A stretch of DNA of 50,693 bases from Prevotellaceae bacterium (GTDB lineage: Bacteria; Bacteroidota; Bacteroidia; Bacteroidales; UBA932): contig JAISOH010000059.1 of NCBI GenBank assembly GCA_031275825.1, positions 1-50,693 on the forward strand, written 5' to 3'. A program made the position numbers and the translations under genes. Numbering within the stretch: position 1 is the stretch's first letter; each line of letters opens with the position of its first letter. This document shows, in pieces, positions 1 to 7,959 of the stretch. The notes beneath the pieces were generated by a model, which saw only the letters and a program-made list of their open reading frames with translations, did not search any database and had not been told where the DNA came from.

Positions 1-1
1 C

Positions 2-136
2 ACGGGCAAATATGCCAAATCTTATCACAGGTACGAATGTAAAGGATTAAAGAACTGCAAGCGTGAAATAATAAAAACTACGCTTGAAGAGGCAAAAAAG
101 AAAGGTTACAAGCCCTGCGGGTATTGCTATAAATAA
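2..136 (+). CDS. 3' end of a gene truncated by the window edge; Cys-containing C-terminal tail
   Basis: The frame is open from position 2 to TAA at 134-136. It translates to TGKYAKSYHRYECKGLKNCKREIIKTTLEEAKKKGYKPCGYCYK. It is convergent with the integrase, whose stop abuts it at 137. Function cannot be assigned from 44 aa. Confidence 0.35.
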   Translation, partial: TGKYAKSYHRYECKGLKNCKREIIKTTLEEAKKKGYKPCGYCYK

Positions 137-1357
137 TCATTCTATAAGCCTTACAAGGTCTTTTTTCATTTCTTCGTCTATATCCCGATACCGGGCAAAT
201 GCTTTACTGCTTTCTGCATGTCCGGTTAATGCTCCTACCAAATTAGGGTCTTTAACCTGTTTGTATATATTGCCTATGAATGTTCTGCGGGCAATGTGAG
301 AACTTGCAATTTCATTCAAGGGTTTTTGTTCGGTTTTGCGCGTGCGCGGATTAATTATTGTAATTTGCCGTGTAATGCCTGCAATGGTGAATATTTTTTT
401 TAATGCTTCGTTGTATTTGACGTCAGATATGAACGGTAATAATTTATTGCTGCCATAATCTTTATATTTGTCTAAAATTCGCATTGCTACTTTATTTAAT
501 GGCACTCTCACTGTTTTTACATGTTCATCTATCGTTTTGCGAGGTATATATTCAATAGCCCCATCTATCAGATTATCTTTTGTGAAATTTATAAGGTCGC
601 TTACCCTGCAACCTGTACAGCAATGGAATATAAATATATCCCTCTGTATTTCAAGATGCGGAAAATTGCTAAAATCGCATTCATATATTTTATTTCGTTC
701 TTCAATAGTCAAATAGTATGGAGTGCCGTACAGGTCAGGAGGTATTGAGAATTTTTCAAACGGATTATTTTTGATATATTCATTCTCGAGAAGCCACCTG
801 AAAAATGTCCTCATTCTTTTCAATATTCCGTTTTTTGTGTTATGTCCTCTTTCTCCATTATCAATAAACATAAAAAAATCTTTAACAAATTCTACGCTGA
901 TATTACGTATGTCTATCTTTAATCTGTTTGCAGTTTCAAATTCTGTCATAAGTTTACACAATCCTCTAAATTGCCTTTCTCTCATGATTTTATATTGTTT
1001 TTTTGAAAGAAAAACATTGAACAAATCCTGTATTTGTTCTGTACGCTCGTGCGATTTGTTAAGCCGTCTGTTTATTTCTGCCGTTAGCAGTTCGGATGTT
1101 GGCTGCGGGAGCGACAAGTAAGATTGCAGTACTGTTGTTTTGCGCTCAAAAATTGCAGCATTTAAGCCAATGCGTTCCTGTGTTGCAATGTAAGCGTAAC
1201 GGGAACTTATGCCCTGCTCTTTTTTACTCCACGCCTTTGTCTTGATTTCGATTTCAGAGGTATAATAAAGTTTTTGTTTGCCTCTGCCCTGCGAAACTTC
1301 AAATCTTACTTTTGTCGTTTCTTTTTTCGATTTAATAAAAGCCGTTACCGTTGCCAT
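137..1357 (-). CDS. tyrosine site-specific recombinase (phage-integrase family)
   Basis: 406-aa ORF. The C-terminal catalytic region has HIARRTF (H-x-x-R), LTGH and a terminal ARY tyrosine. Its start lies about 165 bp from the 3' end of tRNA-Arg. Confidence 0.9.
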   Translation of the reverse strand: MATVTAFIKSKKETTKVRFEVSQGRGKQKLYYTSEIEIKTKAWSKKEQGISSRYAYIATQERIGLNAAIFERKTTVLQSYLSLPQPTSELLTAEINRRLNKSHERTEQIQDLFNVFLSKKQYKIMRERQFRGLCKLMTEFETANRLKIDIRNISVEFVKDFFMFIDNGERGHNTKNGILKRMRTFFRWLLENEYIKNNPFEKFSIPPDLYGTPYYLTIEERNKIYECDFSNFPHLEIQRDIFIFHCCTGCRVSDLINFTKDNLIDGAIEYIPRKTIDEHVKTVRVPLNKVAMRILDKYKDYGSNKLLPFISDVKYNEALKKIFTIAGITRQITIINPRTRKTEQKPLNEIASSHIARRTFIGNIYKQVKDPNLVGALTGHAESSKAFARYRDIDEEMKKDLVRLIE

Positions 1358-1522
1358 TTTTTAATGCAAAGTTAAAAAACTTTCCGAACATTTTCCGAAC
1401 ATAATTAAAAATAATTGAAACTTATTAAAAACAATTAAAAGTGAAGATACTTAAAAACGCCTGAAAAACAAGTAATTAGTTTTAATTAATTTTATTTGGT
1501 TTTAGTTGATTTTATAAAAAAG

Positions 1523-1594
1523 TAGTCTCGGCGGGATTCGAACCCACATCAAAAGAACCGGAATCTTTCATTCTATCCATTGAACTACGAGACC
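1523..1594 (-). tRNA. tRNA-Arg (anticodon CCG)
   Basis: The reverse complement reads GGTCTCG TA GTTC AATGGATA GAAT G AAAGA TTCCGGT TCTTT TGAT GTGGG TTCGAAT CCCGC CGAGACT A. This is a 72-nt cloverleaf with a TTCGAAT T-loop and an anticodon loop TT-CCG-GT. Folded by eye. Confidence 0.85.
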
Positions 1595-1824
1595 AAAATT
1601 TTTACAAAGGTAAGATAAAGTTTGTAAACTAATAAAATTTCGCAAGTCTGAAATTTGCTTTGCCTTGTCAATGACGAACAAGCAGCAGAGTGTCATTGCA
1701 CGAAGCGAAGAAAAAGACTAAGGGTTTATAAATAAAATGCATTATCGAGATTGCAGAATTTTAATCAATATCTGCATAAAATCCTGCATTTTCACTTATT
1801 TACTTCGGTTTGCGTTTTATTATC

Positions 1825-1855
1825 AATAAACTGTTTGTACGGCTATTAATGAGCG
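1825..1855 (+). repeat. dispersed motif copy 1 (AATAAACTGTTTGTACGGCTATTAATGAGCG)
   Basis: Near-identical strings occur at 28485-28515 and 34317-34346, all in the same orientation. Confidence 0.7.
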
Positions 1856-1904
1856 GCCGTTTATTGTAAATTATTTAATCACAATTAACAGTTTGTTTGT
1901 AAAA

Positions 1905-4268
1905 TCAATTTTTTTCAAAACGCGATTGATTCGGTTGCAGGTAATTTTTTTCTTTATAATTTCCTATTTTCCACGCAAATAGAAAAGATATGTAACTTTT
2001 GTTTATATTTTTTCTTATACTGTATTGTCCGCCAAAATCGACAATCATTAAATTTGGCATCTGTCGGCGTAAAATATTGCCGTATTGAACTGTAATGTAC
2101 GATTGATTTTTCAATGTCAGTTTCAAAGCAGATGACAGGTCGAAATTATCACTCAGGTCGTACACGCCCTGAATTGCAAGCGATTGATACCTTCCGTTAA
2201 TCTGTAATGAAAAATTTGGAGTTTCTTTTGAAATCAAAAATGTATTGCTCACAGCAATCGCTCCAACATAATGCTTTCTGTTGAAAGGTGAATTATAAAA
2301 ATCGCTTTTTTTATCCTGTATCCTAAGTCCGTGAACAGATATGCGAGTATTGAACCGTTCTTTTATTTTAACAGGAATAATTATACTTATATTTGTAAAC
2401 AGCGAAAAATCATAATTTTCGTAACGATAAACAGTTTTCAGCGTATTTTCGTCTTGATGCGGAATTTGCGCAAAGTAATCAGGCATATAAGATGCTGCTG
2501 CAATAAATATATATTTTTGTTTGTATATGTAAACTAATTGACCATTATATTCGCTGTATGGTTTCAAAGATGGATTTCCTGCTGTTTCAGTATAAGAATC
2601 CATATACGTTGTTTGCGGATTTACAGCCCAGTAAGATGGATAATTTTTGTTTGTCGAAATATTAAACTGTAAAATATGAGCAGGTGGCGAAATCATATAA
2701 TTAAATATTATTTTCGGATAAAAAGTCCAGTCTTTCCAAAGGGTTGTTTTCAGTGTTTTTTGATAATATGCGGAATGAAAATATTCGATTTCAAATCCAA
2801 ACGTTGTTGATATTTTATTTCCTGCTTTATGTGAAGATTCAACAAAAAATTTTCCTGTATATTCTTTTTGCTCATTGTCTGAATGTTGCTCAATATTTTC
2901 AATATAATTTCCATTTTGCGGATATAAATATTCAATTCGGGTATTTGAATTATTAAGTCCGCCGCTCATTCCAAATTCCAGTGTCCAACTCTTTGATATA
3001 TTTTGCTGCTTGTTTGCAAATGCTTTCCATTGAGCAATATTTTGTGTTGAATTATTTAGAAAATCATCAGCAGGAATATTATTTATATTAGATGTGAAAT
3101 GGTTATTATCAGGCGCATTATAATTTGTAAACTCAGCGCCAACTGTAAAATTGTGTTTTGTATCATACTGCAAATGCAAATTATGCAGCCGGTTTTTGGA
3201 ACTGCTTTTATTTATGCTGCTGACATCGTATGTTGCAGTTTCTTCATAATGATTGTCGGCAAAAATATTTGATTTTAATCTGGCTGCTTTTGTATAATAT
3301 GAAAACGACAACTGACTTTCGTTTTCAAATGTATAATCGGCGCCCAATCTGAAATTAAATCTGTTGTAGTTTGAGTTTTTGTACAGGCTTTGGTCTATTT
3401 CAAAAATATTATTTTTTAATGTATGTCGCGAAAAAGTATTATATTTTTGCCAGTCTTTTCCTGTTGAAATATTAGCCAGAAAATCCAAAGTGAATTTTTT
3501 GCCTGCGTACAGAATATTTCCTTTGAAGTCTTCGGATGCATAATGCGACTGTTTGTAACCTGCGCTTATTTCTCCAATGATTTTTTTATTGCTGTCGGTC
3601 GAAAGCACAACGTTTATCAGCGAACCGCGAAAATCATATTTTGCAGGAGCATTGTACATTACATCAATATTTTTGACTTGCGATGCTGGAATTGTTTTGA
3701 GCAAAACATATATTTGTTCTGTTGGCATTGTTGTTGTTTTTCCGTTTATGATAATGCGCAGTCTGTTTGCGCCCAACAGTTCTATGCTGTTTTCGGAACC
3801 TGTTATGCCCGGAATTTCTTTCAAAACATCAAAAGCAGTCGAAACGGGTTTGTTTTTTATCAATGATGATGCACTGTACGACAGCGCAGAACCATTTATT
3901 ATTAATTGCGGTCGCATTGCTTTAACTGTTGCTTCATCAATAGTTTGCTGTTTTTCGGTCATTGTTATTGAGCCTGCATCGTTTACATTGTTTTCTATTT
4001 TCATAAACAGCGGATTGTAAGAAATATGCTGAAAAATCAATATCAAATCTGAAAACGGACGCTGCTTAAAACGGAAATTCCCTGAATCATCCGTCAATTC
4101 TGCTTTAATAAATACTGAATCTGCCGTTTGCATAATAACGGATACATTTTCAACAGGAACATTTTGGTCGTTAACAACTTTTCCTATAAGTTCCGGCGCA
4201 TTTTGAGCTTTTACCGTAAATACACTTATCAGTAATAAAAAGATAAAAACGGAATATAATTTTTTCAT
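1905..4268 (-). CDS. outer-membrane beta-barrel family protein (CarboxypepD_reg-like N-domain, plug-like region, barrel); module A
   Basis: 787 aa. It has a signal peptide (MKKLYSVFIFLLLISVFTVKAQ) and an N-terminal GKVVNDQNVPVENVSV...DDSGNF segment typical of CarboxypepD_reg. A plug-like IPGI...INGK stretch is followed by a long Y/N/S/F-rich alternating beta-strand region ending in an aromatic-rich C-terminus. Confidence 0.8.
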   Translation of the reverse strand: MKKLYSVFIFLLLISVFTVKAQNAPELIGKVVNDQNVPVENVSVIMQTADSVFIKAELTDDSGNFRFKQRPFSDLILIFQHISYNPLFMKIENNVNDAGSITMTEKQQTIDEATVKAMRPQLIINGSALSYSASSLIKNKPVSTAFDVLKEIPGITGSENSIELLGANRLRIIINGKTTTMPTEQIYVLLKTIPASQVKNIDVMYNAPAKYDFRGSLINVVLSTDSNKKIIGEISAGYKQSHYASEDFKGNILYAGKKFTLDFLANISTGKDWQKYNTFSRHTLKNNIFEIDQSLYKNSNYNRFNFRLGADYTFENESQLSFSYYTKAARLKSNIFADNHYEETATYDVSSINKSSSKNRLHNLHLQYDTKHNFTVGAEFTNYNAPDNNHFTSNINNIPADDFLNNSTQNIAQWKAFANKQQNISKSWTLEFGMSGGLNNSNTRIEYLYPQNGNYIENIEQHSDNEQKEYTGKFFVESSHKAGNKISTTFGFEIEYFHSAYYQKTLKTTLWKDWTFYPKIIFNYMISPPAHILQFNISTNKNYPSYWAVNPQTTYMDSYTETAGNPSLKPYSEYNGQLVYIYKQKYIFIAAASYMPDYFAQIPHQDENTLKTVYRYENYDFSLFTNISIIIPVKIKERFNTRISVHGLRIQDKKSDFYNSPFNRKHYVGAIAVSNTFLISKETPNFSLQINGRYQSLAIQGVYDLSDNFDLSSALKLTLKNQSYITVQYGNILRRQMPNLMIVDFGGQYSIRKNINKSYISFLFAWKIGNYKEKNYLQPNQSRFEKN

Positions 4269-4310
4269 GATATTTTAATTTTCAATTACAAAATCAGGTT
4301 AATTATTTTT

Positions 4311-6167
4311 TTATTCGTTAAATAAATTACCTGTATCTGATTGTTTGATATAACTGTTTTTTGCGACATCGTTTATTTTTTTCTGTATATGAACAACATC
4401 GAAAAAACGGCAAGTTTTTGATACTTTGCATACTTCGCAATCAAAACACACGGGAAACTCATGATATTGAAAAATTTTATCAGGGTCGGATACATCTGCC
4501 ATAACTTCGTTTGCAATATTATCTCCGTACATCCGACCTAAGATATTTTCAATTTCGCTGCATGAATAATTTTTGACATGTTTAAGATAAACATAATCGG
4601 ATATGGCAAAATAATAAGAATATGTTTCGTTTTTGTCCAATAAAAATTCATCCAAATGCTGTTTTGCCTTATCATACTGATTTGAAAAATAAAAAAGTTT
4701 GAATAACAGCAGATTTTCATCAATATTTTGTATATCTTCGTCATCATTATATAAAACATAATCGCATAAGTAGTTTGATGTTTTTTCATGCATACCGACA
4801 TTTGTAACGTGTTCAATTGCATTGGCAAGCGCAAGCGTTTCATGTTTGGTTATTTTTCCAATATGTTTCATATTTGAAAGCGCTCTGAAATCATAGGTAT
4901 GGAACAATTCATAACGGCGATGATATTTAGTTGTCTGGCTAATGCCCGGAATAATAATATAATACGCAGGAAATCCCAATATGGAATTGTTTCTTATGTA
5001 AACGTTATATCCCATTTTTTGTATCAATTCCATGCTGTATTGAATATCTTTTTGATTTGATAATCCAAGTTCAGGATTAAATCCTGTAAATTTGTATGAT
5101 GATGCAGTATGCAAAATAGACCTGTGCCAAAATCCGGTACTGTTTTTAATTATTTTGTTAAAATTTATATCAATGGCAACATCGGACAATATATCGCCTT
5201 CCCAACAGAATTTTAACGGTAATCCTCTGAAATGCTGTCCTTGATAGGCTTCTGTTACACATCTTTCCAGTGCAATATGAGGAACAAAATCAGACCCAAG
5301 TTTAAAATTATATAACAAATTTTGTTTATCTGTAAAAATTACTCCGATTACAGGTATTCCTTTTCCTAAAGAACAGTCTTTTACAATTATTTCATATCCG
5401 GTCTTTTGTTTTATATAATTAATTTTCTCATAAGCATTTGTTCCTTTGAATGTTTCTAATGGAACAGTCGGCGGCGTAAGTTGGTTGTAATATATTTCTG
5501 AAGCAGCATATCGTTCAAATATTTCACAAATACTCTGCAAAATCGCTTCTTCTTCGGTATTTCCTGCCGCCATACCGTTTGAGCCTGTTGCGTATAAAAT
5601 AAGGCGAACAGGAATTAATATTTCCTTATTTTCTGATACGGAATAAGATGGTATCATTAAACTTTCGTTTATTTGCAGTTTATCAATAAAAAAAGTATGT
5701 AAATATGATTCATCTTCTATATTGTATAATTTCATTAATTCTTTGCCCCAATGTTCAATAATCTTGTCGATACTCCAAATTTCCTCTTTCGGGTCGTACA
5801 TAAAATCCAAAGAAGAATTGTTTTGTTTAAGTTTTTGTACGTACAAAGAGTTTTGCGGTAAAGTTTTAATAAAACTATCAGTGGAATAAGCAAGCCGGTG
5901 ATCGCTGAATAATATTCTGTTCTGAATTCTTTCCATAAATTCGGCATAACCGCTTGCCATTGAATATTCAAACGATATTCCTTTGCCATTAGTGCCTATG
6001 TCTAATTTATCCAGATTCCGATTACCTATTATGACACGACAGGAATACATTCCGTTTGTTTCTCGGTGTTGATCTTTTAACAATACGCCAATACCCGAAA
6101 GAATAGATTGAATATTACGTATTGTTTGCTCCGGTGCAGATTCTTTATATTTTTTATATTGTTTCAT
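4311..6167 (-). CDS. YcaO-domain protein, long E. coli-like architecture (module A)
   Basis: 618 aa. YcaO signatures are GTNGKGISFEYSMASGYAEFMERIQN and GSNGMAAGNTEEEAILQSICEIFERYA. The C-terminal half is helical and TPR-like. It ends in a CX2CX2CX5C motif (CFDCEVCKVSKTC). Confidence 0.88.
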   Translation of the reverse strand: MKQYKKYKESAPEQTIRNIQSILSGIGVLLKDQHRETNGMYSCRVIIGNRNLDKLDIGTNGKGISFEYSMASGYAEFMERIQNRILFSDHRLAYSTDSFIKTLPQNSLYVQKLKQNNSSLDFMYDPKEEIWSIDKIIEHWGKELMKLYNIEDESYLHTFFIDKLQINESLMIPSYSVSENKEILIPVRLILYATGSNGMAAGNTEEEAILQSICEIFERYAASEIYYNQLTPPTVPLETFKGTNAYEKINYIKQKTGYEIIVKDCSLGKGIPVIGVIFTDKQNLLYNFKLGSDFVPHIALERCVTEAYQGQHFRGLPLKFCWEGDILSDVAIDINFNKIIKNSTGFWHRSILHTASSYKFTGFNPELGLSNQKDIQYSMELIQKMGYNVYIRNNSILGFPAYYIIIPGISQTTKYHRRYELFHTYDFRALSNMKHIGKITKHETLALANAIEHVTNVGMHEKTSNYLCDYVLYNDDEDIQNIDENLLLFKLFYFSNQYDKAKQHLDEFLLDKNETYSYYFAISDYVYLKHVKNYSCSEIENILGRMYGDNIANEVMADVSDPDKIFQYHEFPVCFDCEVCKVSKTCRFFDVVHIQKKINDVAKNSYIKQSDTGNLFNE

Positions 6168-6281
6168 GTTTGTAAATGTATTATATCTGTAGAAAATATA
6201 TCAAATTCATTTAAATGTAATCTTTCATAGAAATCTTCGTTAAATTTAATTGCTGTAATAATTTAGGTGGAATATCCTCAA

Positions 6282-7377
6282 TTAATGTATTTTGTATGTA
6301 CATAAGTAGTAAAATATATCGAAACAATAAACAGATGGATTGTCAAATCCGTTTATTTCCGAAAATCTATGCATCAACAATCCGCCGCCACAAACATCTT
6401 TTACAATACAATTTCTACATTTTTTACATAAAACATTATCTTGATGAGCATTATAGAATTTATAAAAGATATCTTCATTAATTATATCGTCTAATTCGTT
6501 GTACATGATATTATATTTAGCCAGCAGCAAATTATTTCCACAAATTCGTAATGTATCAACTACGTCAATATCGCCATTAGTTCTTATATCAATGACTCCA
6601 TTAAAATTTCTGCCAAATAATTCTCCTCCTGCATAATTTTCATTCCCTAAAAATAAATTGATGGCATCCTCAAACATTCGTATTCTTGGTTTGTTTTTGT
6701 TTCTATCAAAATACCATAAATCAAATAATTTTATTAACCATAACCCAAGTTTATTTGCATTCATATCAAACTTGTCGTAAGTCGAATCAGGAGGTAGGCA
6801 ATCCATATATGACACAGATATATCGTTAAAAAAAGTATAATACTCATCAGTGTCAATATTGGTATTGATAACAGACAAAATGGCCGGTATTATATATTTT
6901 TTTGAAATGTTGTAACCATCCATAATGCTATTATATGCAGCATGTTCGTTGGTTTTAAAAATTCTATTATTTGATGCTGTTTTATTACCATCAATGCTTA
7001 TACATACTTGTATATTGTGCATTTTAAATAAATTACAGAACATTTCTGTTAACAATGTTCCATTTGTTTGAATAGAATAATGTAATTTTGCAGATGTAAC
7101 AATTTTCTCTGCCAATTTAATAAATTCCTCGTAAAATGATTTTCCAACTATAAGCGGTTCGCCTCCGTGAAATATAATGAGGAATGAGTTTAACTTATTT
7201 TTTTTACAATATTGCTCTATCTTTTGTAATATTTTTTTTTACTATATCAAAATCCATAATATCAGGTTCATTCAGGTATGATTTATCTGTTTTGTTATAA
7301 ACATAACAATATTTGCATGAAAGATTGCATATGTTTGTTACTTTTAATATTATGCATTTAATAATCATTATAAACAT
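6282..7377 (-). pseudogene. radical SAM / SPASM-domain peptide maturase, split by a frameshift in an A9 run (module A)
   Basis: The N-terminal piece runs from ATG 7377 (or 7368) and reads MFIMIIKCIILKVTNICNLSCKYCYVYNK..., with CX3CX2C. It stops at 7204-7206. The downstream frame (track ORF 6282-7115) continues ...KILQKIEQYCKKNKLNSFLIIFHGGEPL...IQTNGTLL... and ends with the SPASM-like CKKCRNCIVKDVCGGG. Both frames are open only across the T9 run at 7232-7240, which is A9 on the coding strand. Removing one A joins them. Confidence 0.8.
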
Positions 7378-7398
7378 TATTTAATTACAATAAAAAAG

Positions 7399-7446
7399 TA
7401 CCTGAAATACTTTTAGATCATATTACCACATACAATATTTCAGGTA
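7399..7446 (-). promoter_or_regulatory. stem-loop between precursor A and its maturase gene
   Basis: Perfect 11-bp inverted repeat: TACCTGAAATA (7399-7409) pairs with TATTTCAGGTA (7436-7446), with a 26-nt loop. Confidence 0.5.
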
Positions 7447-7463
7447 ACTTAAACATCTGTGAG

Positions 7464-7661
7464 TTAATGAACATCATGATATGTGTGGAATATTCCTATA
7501 TAGGCATTATCTTGAGCCATCAACTGAGATGTGTCGCCGGTTAAATTTCCTGAGTTACTTGTTCCTCCTTTTATCTTACCTAAAGATCTTTTGTTTAACA
7601 CTTTGGAAACTTCCTTGCCATTTTTTTTAAATTCATCTAATGTTAATTTTACTTTCTTCAT
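7464..7661 (-). CDS. GG-leader precursor peptide A
   Basis: 65 aa. The Lys-rich leader is MKKVKLTLDEFKKNGKEVSKVLNKRSLGKIKGG and the core is TSNSGNLTGDTSQLMAQDNAYIGIFHTYHDVH. It is the first gene behind the conserved promoter cassette and sits directly upstream of the rSAM/SPASM gene. Confidence 0.75.
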   Translation of the reverse strand: MKKVKLTLDEFKKNGKEVSKVLNKRSLGKIKGGTSNSGNLTGDTSQLMAQDNAYIGIFHTYHDVH

Positions 7662-7683
7662 TACTTTTATTTTTTTTTAATTT

Positions 7684-7820
7684 TCAGCTAATTTTCAGGC
7701 ATAGCCTTTCTCCTTTTATTTGACAAAGGTACAAACATGTTTTTTGAAAAAAATACTTTTGGGCGTAAATAAAATTTCACACTTTGTATAATTTTATTTC
7801 ACACTTTCGGGTAGGCGTTT
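7684..7820 (-). promoter_or_regulatory. conserved promoter cassette, copy 1
   Basis: Shared with 18658-18744 and 23092-23230. Elements are the direct repeats ATTTCACACT at 7774-7783 and 7796-7805 (22-bp period), the palindrome AAACATGTTT at 7733-7742, and TACCTTTG on the minus strand (7724-7731), which matches the Bacteroides -7 consensus TAnnTTTG. The conserved 5' leader reads GGCTATGCCTGAAAATTAGC. Confidence 0.7.
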
Positions 7821-7825
7821 GATGT

Positions 7826-7885
7826 TTAGCCGTTTATGTCGTAATAATCATAATAGTCAGATAATTCAGATGTGTTAGAATACAT
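7826..7885 (-). pseudogene. 3' remnant of an XRE-type HTH gene (paralog of 23236-23505)
   Basis: It translates to MYSNTSELSDYYDYYDING*. The C-terminus of the intact gene is ...SEFSDLYAYYDIFN*. It sits in the same position relative to the promoter cassette as the intact gene does. Confidence 0.5.
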
Positions 7886-7959
7886 TTTCACGTTTTTTTA
7901 TTTATTCTTGACTGCCTGATGTTTATAGCCGCACATTTTTTTATATTGAATCTTCATTT

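Noticed and set aside
84-1121. Plus-strand ORFs 84-299, 468-716, 521-748 and 723-1121
   Set aside because: All are antisense to the integrase gene, which has clear catalytic motifs.
137-1357. Integrase as the mobility gene of the peptide locus
   Set aside because: The tRNA-Arg 3' end faces the integrase, so the integrase's element should extend leftward, away from 1905-23505. I saw no tRNA-derived direct repeat to the right.
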